From Eledone cirrhosa (lineage: Eukaryota): a stretch of DNA of 64,000 bases. Positions within the stretch are counted from its first letter, which is position 1. Every line of letters starts with the position of its first letter. Shown piece after piece: positions 38,157 through 50,718 of this stretch. The notes beneath the pieces were generated by a model. The model was not told the origin of the DNA. It saw nothing but the letters and a program-made list of their open reading frames with translations, and did no database searches. Both the position numbers and the translations under genes were made by a program. The stretch covers positions 358,360,001-358,424,000 of the forward strand of contig OZ024742.1 in assembly GCA_964016885.1 (NCBI GenBank). Direction: 5' to 3'.

Positions 38157-38525
38157 TTAAAGTGTTAATTTCTCGACTTGTTATCATCAAACATCCTCAC
38201 TAGAAACTTATATTAAATTCTTTGCTAAATATTCCCTATTAGGTCTGTCACCACTACACACACTCTGACTCCACTCCACTCATGTGTGGTGTTAAGTAAT
38301 AATTTACATTAACCATTAATTAATTTCATGCACCCATTAACTAAATCTCATCTTGCTTTGTTTAAACAAAAACGTTTCATTCGACCACCCCTAATTCTTC
38401 TCCTATAACAGCACGGCAGGAATTTTGTGTCTAAAACTAATATTTGTATTATAAACAATATCACATTACTGAAGATTGGATCTTTGTATTTGCTTATACC
38501 CTATTCCTGGCAATAACATCTATTA

Positions 38526-38746
38526 ACCCTTTAGCATTTACATTACTCTCTATATATTATTGTATTTTTGTGGTAAAAGCTTCATCTTACATAATTATCT
38601 TACATAATATCAACTGTACGAGATTTTGTTATTATTTATTTTGAGAACAATACCTTAAGGTCAGTATGAGCAGCTAGTTATGGCTGGTTTGAACAGAAGA
38701 GGTGCAAGAATTCTGGCCAGATATGGCCGGTTTAAATGCTAAAGGA
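38526..38746. mobile_element. piggyBac-like MITE copy
   Basis: ttaa-ccctttagcattta...taaatgctaaagga-ttaa. Confidence 0.8.
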
Positions 38747-40066
38747 TTAACACCTCTCTAGACTTTCCTTTGAATGTTGTTACATTTCACAGGAAGAAAA
38801 TATTGGAATATAAAAAAAGATATTGCATTTGAAAAGTGTTAGCCTTCTTCAACCTCTCTTATCAAACAAAGAAGTGAACAATAAACAAAAGCAGTAGCAA
38901 GTGTTTTAAGGCCATTCTTTCTTGTTAAAACAGTTGTTAGCCTTGCAGGCAATATGAAAGGTCTTCATAATAAAGATGGTGTATTTTTTGAAGCCATGTT
39001 TTATGGGTGGATCCTCTTCCTGGCACCAACGTTTTTAGTTACCTTTTATAACATGCAGGGATATGGTTTACCTATTCTAAGCCAAATATATTCAGTCAAC
39101 AAAAGACAAGTGAGGGAATACAAAATCATAACTGATATTTAAAATACATATTTTGTCCAACACAATCTTATCTACACACATCAACATTACTCATTTATTC
39201 AATTATTAACATTTCCTTCCAGGAAACTATTTTCTTGTAACTCTTAAAGTTTCTTGCAGACTGAATAAGGTGGAGAATATCACAGTTTCTATAGTTAAGC
39301 AGTAAAGAGGCACTTCTCACATGCGATGACATGATAGATAAGGTGCTCTTAATTATGTGTGCTAATTGTTCTAAATATTATCACAATTTCCTTTGCTTTA
39401 AGCAATTCTTTCCTATACATTTTGTGGGTTAATTGATGTTGAGTTTATCATAGTCTTCAGAACAAGGTGTGAAACTTTCTCTCTCCATGGGAAGTATGCT
39501 AATTTAATCTATCTCTTCATTACTGTTCAACTTTGTGTCTCCTATGACTACACCTTCAGGTGTCTCCATTCTCCATTTCTCTCCATCTACATACCAGCCT
39601 CTTCTATATACAACATCAACGCATCCATATTTCATGAAGAACAATCTACTTGACAACCTAATCTCATTCAATAATTACATGACAGTTATATATCTTTTCT
39701 ATGCTTGAATAATGCAATTAAAACTGTTAAAAATATATCTTTATTAATAGAATCCTATTGTCCACATCATTTAGCCTAGGAGGGTTTTTTAAGGTTTTGA
39801 TACTTAATAGTGTCCAGATGAATTAGTAAAAATGTCAATTTTTTCTGTGAAACAACAATGGCAAGATTCAAACAGAAAGCTGCAAGACGAAAGGTTTCAA
39901 TACGAAATATTACTTCCTGTTCAACAATTTGTAAAATCAACATTTTTATGCTAAAGTCTCATCTCTTGTTGCAATTCAATTTTGTTTTTGTTGTTTCAAA
40001 ACAAATGAAAGCTAGGATTTGAACTAGGAAATTAGAACTTCAGTATATTCTAAAAAAATGTTTTAA

Positions 40067-40287
40067 CCCTTTAGCATTTACATTACTTTATATTTACTAT
40101 TGTATTTTCACTGTAAATGTTTTACCTGACATGATTGTCCTACATAATATCGAATCTATGAGATTTTGATATTATTTATTTTAAGAACAATGCTTTAACA
40201 TCAGTATGAGCAGCCAGTTATGGCTGGTTTGAACAGAAAGTAGTGAGAGAATTTTGGCCGGTTATGGCCGGTTTAAATGCTAAAGGG
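40067..40287. mobile_element. piggyBac-like MITE copy
   Basis: ttaa-ccctttagcattta...taaatgctaaaggg-ttaa. Confidence 0.85.
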
Positions 40288-40399
40288 TTAAGTCAGTTTC
40301 AAGCCTGGAAACTCATCAGGCTGGTGATTAATTTTATTTCCATGGTGTTAAATGACAGAGTATAAGACACCCACACCCCACTTCCTTGACAATTTGCCA

Positions 40400-40760
40400 G
40401 TCCATCACAGGGTTAAACTCTCAGTTACTATTCGTACTCATTTTCAGCTGAGTATACAGGTACAATGTGAAATGAAGTGTTTTGTTGAAGAACACAACAC
40501 ACAGCCCTGTCCAGGACTCGAACTTACAACATTATGATCATAAGTCCAACACCCTCACCACTAGGCCACTCTAGAATCCTCCCTGGACAGGATGCCATTA
40601 AATCCCCAGCTATTGCTGCTACTCATTTTCAGCACAGTATACTGGAGCAATGTGAATTGAAGTGTTTTGCTCAAGAAAACTATACACAACCCAGTCCAGG
40701 AATCAAATTTACGATGTTATGATCGTAAGTCCATCACACTTACCACTAAGCCATCAACTT
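40400..40760 (-). mobile_element. Two tandem degenerate tRNA-derived SINEs
   Basis: tactcattttcagc...gaagtgttttg...ccagga-box-B complement occurs twice; related to 53953-54172. Confidence 0.6.
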
Positions 40761-40797
40761 CCACTTCTAAATATCGCAAATATGAAATCTAGAGTTC

Positions 40798-41215
40798 TGT
40801 AGCGGTTGTCTCCCTTGTTTTGATTGGGATCTAGACGGGAGGTAGAACCCTTTCTGCAACTTCCGGTCAGAGCCCTATAAAACTAACAACTTTAAGCTTT
40901 CTAACTCTCATTGCCTTTTCGGCACCAGGTCAAGAGCCTCTCATTGGGCTCTGCCATTCATTTGGCCAACAGGCGCCTGGCCTTAGCCAGGCGTCCTCTG
41001 CCAGCCACCATTGCCTGGCAATCAAAACGGTAACTACTAACTTTGCTTCATTCTAACATCATCCTCATCTTTGACATGTCAACTATACTATCTACCATTG
41101 TTAATTAAATATTATACACACAACTATGTATTCCTTGTTACATTCATACAACCCAGTAATCTCGCTATATTGGTAACCCTGACGTGATACGAACACGCAG
41201 CCGTTCATCGCTATA
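40798..41215 (+). mobile_element. LTR-like element (40798-41169) + extended tRNA-Trp primer-binding site + short second end
   Basis: Starts tgtagcg, ends cgctata (inverted ends), internal TATAAAA and ATTAAA; TGG... PBS at 41171; gttc flanks both sides (40794-40797, 41216-41219). Confidence 0.65.
41171..41202 (-). other. 3' 32 nt of mature tRNA-Trp including CCA (PBS-type copy)
   Basis: Reverse complement ggctgcgtgttcgtatcacgtcagggttacca versus the metazoan tRNA-Trp 3' end as I recall it, GGCTGCGTGTTCGAATCACGTCGGGGTCA-CCA (3 mismatches). Confidence 0.8.
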
Positions 41216-43514
41216 GTTCTATCTACTAACTCAGTTATTACATTAGATATTTGCTGGTTTCAGCTGTTAGCTGCAGCAATTCTGGGACACTATCTTTAAG
41301 TCTTATTGACCTATCATATTTCTGATTAGTCTCATTTATTGAAGAGCTATGTTATCATATTTAAAATAAGGGGTTGAAAGTCAACACATTAGTTTACCCA
41401 AACCTGTAAACATACACATACACACACTGGGAGGGAACTCATACACAAAGGAATTAGAATACAAACCCTCAATTTTACATATTAAAGTCAGCTTGGCAGA
41501 AGTAATTAGAATTGAAAAGATATACATACATGTAATAAATTTCAAAAATGTAGCCATCCTCTTTTTATATCCACCTTCCCCACAGGCATTGCCTTTCCAC
41601 ATCAAATCTGGCCCTCATGAATACATACCCTCTTTCACAACATTGTCTAAAATGATGCCAAAATTTAGTTCAACTCCTTGTATAAACTTATTCTTTTTTA
41701 CTTCTTAACATTTGAACATCTCCAGAGTGAATTTCAATCTTGATATTGTGAGATAATCTCAGTTGATTGTATCTTTCTTTTCTTTCCCTCACCACATTTA
41801 TAATGCAGGAGTTTACTTGGGGGTATATATGTTATGCTGAGCATTCCCTCATGCTTTTTGGTCACTAATCTTTATTGACAAACACAGTCACTGTGTACTT
41901 TCTTTTCCTAATCTTTTATACATTCATACATACATGGTGGCTGCAAACTCTGCCAAGAGTTTGGGAATTGCTTGTCAGATTACAGAAAATGGTGCACCTT
42001 TAGGCTACACCCAACCACACGAACCTATAACATAACCTGAACAAGCAAAGCCTGTGCTTTGAAGGTTTTTTAAGTGGGGAAAGGATTTGCACTCGACTAA
42101 TCCCACTCTCTGAGCATCGAAAACACTACCTGAAAAGGAGAACTGGTCAACATCATCGGATGTTTCCGAAGCTGCAGGTTTTTTATCAGGATTTCGCTCT
42201 CCTAGAAAGGTGTTGTGACAACAACTGAGGGCCTTTCACTACAAGGTGAAAAGAAAAAAAATTCTATTTGGATGGCCGCTGACTCTGCTGAGTTTCTCTG
42301 CCCCGTACTGGGTCTTGTATTTCATCCCGCAGGGTGTCCAAATATCACCCTCCTCACCAAGAAAGCTTGGTGGGGTTGCTGGTTTAGTTGCAGATGAACC
42401 GACCACGACACAGGTTGTACTGGGTTACATGTTACCAGTAGTACTCAAGAGTAACCAGACATACATACATACATACATGCATGCATATTTGTTGTAGAAT
42501 GGTTAGCATTAAGAAACACTTCCAACCATAGAAACCATGCCATAACAGGAACATATGAGCAAGGCATGTTTCTCCAGCCCATCTAGTCTCAGACTGTGAT
42601 GATCAATCTGACCATATATGAGATCGATGGGTCACTTCTCAAACTATTTCAATTTATCCACCAATAACGTGCTTTGTTATCGTGATGGGATTTGACTATA
42701 TTCCTCTTTAGAAGGTCACATGGAACTACTAGCATCACGGTAGTGAGGATAACTTTAATCTTTGCTGGTATCTTGGAAAAATTCCCTCTCTAAAATTTAA
42801 GGCTGAACTCTGCTGAACAATAACCCCAATAAACCTGACTACGCGGACTTTCTTCAACTTTTCGGAAACAACCTGTGGTTTCTATGTGCAATGTTTTGCT
42901 AATGTATCAAGTGTGCATAGGACATGGTGGATGAAACTGTAGAGTTTGGAATATACATTGTGTTCCCTCACTAACCCACTTATCCTATATATAACGAATT
43001 GTGTACAATTTGATATGCAGATTTGTATTTACAACAAACGATTTTTGTAAATTCATTGAGTTGGATAGAAGCGATCCTAGATGAAATCTGTCTGGCTTGT
43101 TATAATTAATGTACATACCCATGCTAGTGTGAAAGATGGACGTTAAACGCCAACGATGATGATGATATATATATATATATCTGTGTGTATATATATTTAT
43201 GATATATGTATATATATATCATATATATGTATATGTATATCATTATCATGATATATGTGTTTATATATTATGTTGGTACTACAAAACGTCCAGCCCACAC
43301 TAAATGATGGGTGTGTAAAAATAACGGCAAAAAGCACGCAGCACACACTGTAAATGTGGTTGGCGTTAGGAAGGGCATCCAGCCATAGAAAACCAGCTAG
43401 AAACAGTCCTATATGAGCGAGACATGGGCACTTGACCCAACTTTCCTCTAAATGGGACAAACGAATCTAACCCATGCTAATGTGGAAGATAGTCGTTAAT
43501 CGATGATGATGATG

Positions 43515-43601
<87 letters not shown>

Positions 43602-43602
<1 letters not shown>

Positions 43603-46600
43603 TAGCAGAGGTACCCGGCGTTGCCTGGTATAACTCTCAATGGAGTAGTCGTTCAAATGAACCGAGAGACTTCCGTTAAACACGACTATAGAAGTAACAA
43701 TTTATAGGTGTTGGCCCTAAAGAGGGCCTTTGAATGTTCACTTCGAAATATCTCTGCGGTGGTGCTGCCAGCAAAGACGAATCCGATGGTAACAGTTTAA
43801 AGTTGGCGGCCCTGAAGAGTGCCTTGGATCGTTCACTCTTAAAAGTCTCAGCGGCGGTGCTGCCAGCAAAGAGGAATCCAGCGGCGATATAATTTATAGT
43901 TGGTGGCCCTGCAGAGGAGCTTTTAACGTTCACTTTGAAATATCTCAGCGGCGGTGCTGCCAGCAAAGATGAATCCGATGGTAACAATTTAAACTTGGTG
44001 GCCTTGAAGAGGGCCTTGGATCGTTCACTCTTAAAAGTCCCAGCGGCAGGGAAAAGTTGATTAATTAGGTTAAAACTACGGAACATCGATAGCAAAGTGT
44101 AATAGCAACATATAAATGCGGAAAACGGAGACATTGAACATTTATAACGTATATCAAAAGCAACCTCAGAGGCGTACGTCGTATTGTCAAAGGGACAAAA
44201 ATAGCACAGATACAGCAAATGTAAGCACTTATACAACAACAAAAAAAACACCGATTACTTGTTGGCGGATGGGGTGCCTACAAGGCTTCCTTATAGACTA
44301 TATTTTGGGTTTTCTCGCGAGTTGCAAAAGCAAATAGGTTATGTCGGCTCCCCACTCGAGAGCAGCCAACATATAGTTGACCATGGGAGAAGCACAGTTC
44401 TTCTAAATTAAGCCCTACGACCGTCAGCGTCTGACCTTGTGATTTGTTAATCGACATGGCGAAACTGAGCTGGAGAGGGAATTGCAGCCTTCTGAATGTG
44501 AAAGGAATGTCTTTACCGGATGGAACGAGATGTCTCCTTGGTATGAAGACAGTATCCCCCTTACCACATCCTGTAAGTATTGTTGCCTCAATAACATGAA
44601 GCATCGCCTTTTGGACGACCAGATGCGTGCCGTTGGTTCCAAATTCCTGAGGAGCATGACAGGGGTACCTTTCTTAAGTCGCAGTAAGTGTGGTGGTAAT
44701 CCGGGAGGGTCTAGGGAGCTAAGAAATTCTGTGGGGTAATTAACAACTTCGTCCGGATCAGCCATAGAGTCAAGGGACTTGTAGACGTGCAGGTTTCCCG
44801 ACAATCACATCATGAGCTGTTCATGATGTTTCCAACTATATGGTTTTTCGAAGTCAATATTGCGCGTTCACACAACCACTCTTGATTTGTGTAGTTCTCC
44901 TCAAGATTAGGAAAAACAGACGTCCGTAACTCAGCAATTGACTTAACACATCTGCAAATCCCTTTGAGGTCCGCTGCTCCATCTCCGTCGAGTGGGACTT
45001 TGCCATCTCCCAACGACAAAATAGCAGCAGCAAAACCCGTTGATGTCTTATCACCTTGCAGTTGTACTATCATGTTTGTTTTAAGCGTCAGCTTTCTTAC
45101 ATAACGCCAAAGTGGGGAGGCCTTAAGGCATGCACCAACCTCATCAGCCCGCGTACCTTTTGGGATTACAGGCAGTCTGTCGGAAGTCCCCAGATAACGG
45201 GAAAGTGACACCTCCCATTGGTTCTTGACAGTTCCTGTGGGCCATTGTGCATTCGTCCCAAACAATTAGTAGGCAGCGCTTTAACACCAGTGCTTTTCCG
45301 GAAGACTTGCTGATGTTGGACGTGGGTGTGTCAGATGATGCCACGTTGAGAGGAAGACTGGAGGCAGAATGAACTGTCCTGCCACCAGGCAGCAAAGTTG
45401 CTGCAATGCCGGAAGAAGCCACGGCCAATGCGATATTTCCGTGTTGCCTCACTGCAGCGAGTAAAAGTTTGAATACAAATGTTTTGCCCGTGCCTCCAGG
45501 TGCGTCCAGGAAGAATATACTCCCTCCCGATTACGGATGGAATCAACGACAATGTTGTAGGCTTGTTTTTGATCCATTAGAAGTTTTGGTTCATTTTCTT
45601 CAACATACCAATTGAGTTCGACATCATATGACGTTTCACGTATAATGTCGTTGGGAATGTCAGATGACGCATCTCCAAGTATTTGCGGAAGCCCATATTT
45701 CTCCAAGACATCTCCGCCCATTGAAGCCACTGTCTTCAATATCGATCAGAGCTCTGTTATATATAGCGTCTGAAAAGCCGACATCTAAGTTTGGAGATTG
45801 CAATTGAGCGAGACGCCTATATTAGTCTGCGAAATCATCTTTAAACTTTTGCCATAAAGAGTAAGGATCGCTCAAGTCACAGACGTGCAAGAGGATTGCA
45901 AAAGGTGCCCTTAGACTACAGGATGATTGTGAGATGGCAGCTTCTGTCAAGGTTGCATCCCATTGTGCGTCATCTTCTAAGTAACCACGCCTCAAGCAGG
46001 CTTCCCTGTACGTTCCGCAGGCGTATCCATCGACGGTTCTCAGATGAGTGAAGCTAGTCGGCTCTCTTACCTCATGAAGCAGAAGTCGCAGGTAGAAGCA
46101 TTCGTGTTGGGTAGGGTGGACCGTATAAACTCGCTCATGGCAATTGTCGAATTTGATGCCTGGATGTCCCACCACCTCTTGCCCTACCTTCCTTCGTAGC
46201 CATTTTGTCCGGTTCCATGTATAGTAAGACGGTATTTCAGAATACAGCAGAGTTCGAGCGAAGTCGTCGTGTTGACAAAGTTGGAAAAAAGCGGTGTGTG
46301 TAGTTTCCTTTGGTGAGATCGATAGCAGAGCAGCTGTTGCATCGTTGAAATACACCCGTTAACCGTTTTCAGGGTGAACGGCAAGTTGTTTAATGACGGG
46401 ATGTCGTTGGTGCAGTGGGAAGCCTAAAATGCGCCAAAAGGCTTCATTGCTGCTAATGTATCGGCCTGCTTGGTAGTCAGATACCTTGTCTCTACAGTTT
46501 TCATGACGAAGACCAAAGATAGCAGCATCCGATCCCTTGTTTACGTACTTACAAACGTATTTAATTGATTTTACTGAGTTGCAAAATTCGACGTTTATAT

Positions 46601-48560
46601 TGGCGTTGAACGCTTTCAAAAGGAGGGGGCATAACGGCACTATCCAGCTGTTGTCGATTTCGCGTTGCCAACTTTTGCTGTGAACCCACCGTCTTCTGGT
46701 CTCCTGCGCCTATACAACGGATATCCGCCACCACCAGTCTGTGTTTCCTGTAAAAACGGCCTGGTATATCGTTTTGTACACTTTCCGTCGTGTATGCACG
46801 GGGACTTCATATTGAGTCCATGTCCGCAAGGACCATAGACCATGTTTGATGTGACTATAGAGAAGAGGTCCTTGTCAATCGACGGATCAGGTAGTTCGGC
46901 AGAAATGAATTTGTCGATGTAGTTTGAACTGATTTTTGTAACCAACCAAATCAAGATATGGACATGCGGCAGCCCTCGTTTCTGCCATTCAACCGTGTAC
47001 ATGTCGCACATGACAGGCCCCAAAACCTGTCCTTTCTTTAATAAATCCATTAATTTGGATAATTTCAGACGAAATGGCCAGGGGTCGCCATTTCGCACTT
47101 AATTGAGGTGCAATTAAACGGGGGAGACAACAGGGTGCAAAAACTAATAAATCCTTCGCACAGTTTAGGCACGAGTGTGAAATAGCACAATCCACATACA
47201 GTAGGCTTTAAAATTTACACCTGGGTTAAATCGCGCTTTCTTGGTTAGGAGTGTGAAATGACGCCAAAGTTCAAGAAAAAAAATGTAACTCCCCATTCCG
47301 CACTTTATTGTGGTGCAATTACACGTGGGAGACAACCGGGTGCAAAATTCAATTCAATCATCCTAAAGTTAACTAAACAAACTAAAGTTAAGTCAGGGGG
47401 ATCTAAAAATTCGATACTCCATTTGTAGGACATGAGTAACCGATGCGTCAACTTTCGTTTAAATTGACTTTTATTTCCAGAAGTTGAAATGCTTTGCTGC
47501 AACAATAATATGAACTTTAAAGTGGTCCAAAGGGGCTTACTGCTCCCCCTTGCAAATTTCAAGTGATAACGAATGTGTGGTGCTTTATCTTATGGCAGGC
47601 AATAACCATTTCATTTAGGTTTTGTAAGAATCAAGTATAAACTCCCGAGGTTATGGTGCTTTTTTATTGTGGCAGTTTGAACTTTTATAGGTTAAGGAAT
47701 TGGGCTCATTGTCCCCGAGAGGTCCTCTTGCTGAATTGAAATGAAAGTAAATGTGTCTCACTGTATCTTCATCTGTAGTACATGAATAACAACTAAGTCG
47801 AAATTCATTTTATTGGACTACCAATTATCGAAGCTATGACGCTTTGCTGCATTACAATAGCCAAATTCAATAAATGACTCGCCGGGGCTTATTGCCCCCT
47901 GGGGGTACGCTTCCTTGTTCCGGGTATAGGCAGTGTCTTCAACATCATCTTTAGGCAATGGGTAACCAATGTGTCCGGTAAAGTTAAAATCGAACGTAAA
48001 CTTCAAAAGTTATCAGGTACTATTACAGTGTTAATGTGAACTTCAATAGATATGTCGAAGGGGATTACACCCCTTCCCCTCGGGTGGTCCCCTTGATAAG
48101 TTCAAGTAAAAGTTCATGTGTTCACCTTCCTTTATAACCAATATGTCTCGCTTCGTGAAAACCAAACACCAACTCAAGCAGTTATGACGTTTTGTTGCAT
48201 TGATGATATCAACTTCAACATTCATCAAGTAGGTTTACTGCCCCCTAAGGGGTCCCCTAACTGAATTTCTGCGCAAGTGCATGCCTGCAAATTTATTTGT
48301 AGGCCATAAGCAAACAAAAGATTAATTTTGGTGAAGATGGGATGCAAATTGCAGGAAGTATGGGGCCTTTATGCAGTAGTACTGCTGATTCCAAGTGAGA
48401 GGCTTAAGGAGGTTATCTGATCCTGGGGAGCCCCACAAATGAAAACTAAAATAGCCTAAAACGCGTAATAGGACTTCTGAAAACCATGTATGAAATTTGG
48501 TGCAAATCGGTTGTAAAAGGTAGAAATGCGTGCGGTTACACAGGCAAATAGACAGGCATC

Positions 48561-48575
<15 letters not shown>
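43602..48575 (-). mobile_element. Helitron, decayed and lacking the RepHel N-terminus
   Basis: Minus-strand 3' end ccaggcaacgccggg hairpin then ctgCTAG|t; 5' end tatatataaaacagatgcctgtct merges into (TA)n; Rep and PIF1 remnants inside. Confidence 0.9.
44278..47080 (-). pseudogene. Helitron RepHel (HUH Rep + PIF1-like helicase), multiple frameshifts
   Basis: [83 protein letters not shown]. Confidence 0.95.
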
Positions 48576-48615
<40 letters not shown>

Positions 48616-48717
48616 TACACGGGTGTGTATGATTGCGTATAGAAGATTATATTAATAAAAGAAATTCCAACTTTGTCTGATTTACTCGTTTTATTTACAA
48701 TCCTTTAAAATTATAAT

Positions 48718-48909
48718 TGTTTCTACTTTTGGCACAAGACCAGCAATTACCCAGTACACTACTGGTACTTTATTTTATCGACCCCGTAAGGATGAAAGGC
48801 AAAGTTAACCTCGACGGGATTTGAACTCAAACCGTAAAGGGACGTAACTATGCTAGAAAGCATGGCGTCCAACCCTCTACTGATACTGCCAATTCACCGC
48901 CCTCCTTAA
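48718..48909 (-). mobile_element. tRNA-derived SINE with a 19-bp TSD
   Basis: Box A/B on the minus strand (ttggcagtatcagtag, gagttcaaatccc); TSD aatcctttaaaattataat at 48699 and 48910. Related copies near 32870, 36710, 56720, 59105 and 60710. Confidence 0.85.
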
Positions 48910-49062
48910 AATCCTTTAAAATTATAATGGTATTAGAATGAAATAGTATGGTAGAATATTAAATGTTAAGTGTTAATTGAACAAGTACTTTCATGCTTTG
49001 ACAGTCAAGTTTGCAATTTTCAACAGTTGAAAATTGCAAACTTGACTGTCACCACAGAATAT

Positions 49063-49099
49063 GAACTTGAAGATTGCGAAAGCATGAAAGTACTTGCTC
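49063..49099 (+). ncRNA. Minimal type-I hammerhead ribozyme motif, C3U variant (family F)
   Basis: gaac-TTGAAGA-t-tgc(gaaa)gca-t-GAAA-gtac-TT-gctc; the inverted arm gives gttc, restoring stem I; palindrome AAGTACTT. Confidence 0.62.
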
Positions 49100-49229
49100 A
49101 ATTAACACTTAACATTTAATATTCTACCATACTATTTCATTCTAATACCATTATAATTTTAAAGGATTGTAAATAAAACGAGTAAATCAGACAAAGTTGG
49201 AATTTCTTTTATTAATATATATCTATCTA

Positions 49230-49273
<44 letters not shown>

Positions 49274-49362
49274 GACCCATCCAAACCTTGCTAGCATGGA
49301 AAGCAGATGTTAAGATGATATATAATTTTAACATCTGCTTTCAGGATTATGATGATTTATAC

Positions 49363-49404
<42 letters not shown>

Positions 49405-49560
49405 AAACCGAGTTAAAGACTCGCGTTAATCCCCTGTAATTTAATGAACTTTTAGCAGCATGGGGTATAAATGTTATTGAGACACGAGTAACACAATAAT
49501 GATGTCAACAGCAGAAATTAGAGATGAAATGTATGTTTATTTTGTTGTAGCACAAATAAT

Positions 49561-49747
49561 TGTTTCTACTTTTGGCACAAGGCCAGCAATTACCCAGTAC
49601 ATTACTGGTACTTTATTTTATCGACCCCGTAAGGATGAAAGGCAAAGTCAACCTCGGCGGGATTTGAACTCAGAATGGCAAGGGCCGTAACTCTATGCAT
49701 CAAAGCATGGCGTCCCACCCTCTACCAATACTGCCAATCTACCGCCC
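49561..49747 (-). mobile_element. tRNA-derived SINE with an 18-bp TSD
   Basis: TSD tgttgtagcacaaataat at 49543 and 49748. Confidence 0.85.
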
Positions 49748-50177
49748 TGTTGTAGCACAAATAATGTTGGTTAACTTGTATGGTTGAAGTTACACATAAA
49801 AATGAGGTTACAAAAGGGAATGTGCCATTGCGCCGGAAAGCCGGCAGGCTAAGGTGCAAAATCTCACCGTCACATGTACGTGTTGCTGGTTCGAAGTTCC
49901 TGGTGCGAGAGAGAGATTCTTCAAATCTTCGCGGGGAATTTCTCCCCCAGGACGCGTAGGGATACATCCTCTTCTACTGGCGCTGATTGGCTGAGCTGAG
50001 CCAAATCACGCACAGAGAATGTATGTGATCCCGCGGAATGTAGGTCACTACAAACTAAAGGAATAAGTACCGGGCTCTTCATAATACAGTATATAGAGAA
50101 GAAAACACAAGAAGGGTATGTTTTTAATTAATTGAAAAGATACCATTTTTGTGTTTTCTTCTGTATATACTATATTA

Positions 50178-50718
50178 TCTATCTCCTTATAATATATAAC
50201 CAGCAATTTCTCTGTCTGTCTCTCTGTCCGACAGTGGAAACACGTGCGCGCGTGCGAATGTTTTTTGCGAACGCGTAGAGAAAGAGTGAGAGTGAAAGAA
50301 AGAGACAGACTACGAGAGGAGGATAGCGGGAGGGAGAGAGGGAGAGAGAGAGTGAATAGACGCTAAAACACGTGCGCGCGTGCAAATGTTTTTTGCGCAC
50401 GCGTAGAGAGAGAGTGAGAGTGAAAGAAAGAGACAGACTACAAGAGGGGGATAGCGGGAGGGAGAGAGGGGGGAATTGAGGAGTGCTACAGAAACATATA
50501 TACATTTCTGTGTGTGTGTAATATATATATATATATATACACACAGAAATATATATATATACACACAGAAATATATATATATACACACAGAAATATATAT
50601 ACATTTCTGTGTGTGTAATATATATATATATATACACACAGAAATATATATACATTTCTGTGTGTGTAATATATATATATACTAGCAGAAAACCACCCTA
50701 GGGATGGTTTTCTGCTAG
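50178..50718 (+). mobile_element. Putative non-autonomous Helitron with internal duplications
   Basis: TC start followed by ttataatatataa and ctgt repeats; ends in a hairpin + CTAG. Confidence 0.55.

Larger units (their letters stand above)
48650..49217. repeat. Fold-back element with an inner perfect 26-bp palindrome; left arm split by a SINE
   Basis: 48650-48717 plus 48929-48998 are inverted versus 49079-49217; inner arms 48999-49024 and 49026-49051. Confidence 0.85.

Noticed and set aside
41930-42450. Moderately GC-rich unique sequence as possible host exons
   Set aside because: No open frame with convincing splice sites or recognisable protein similarity; short exons cannot be excluded without RNA-seq.
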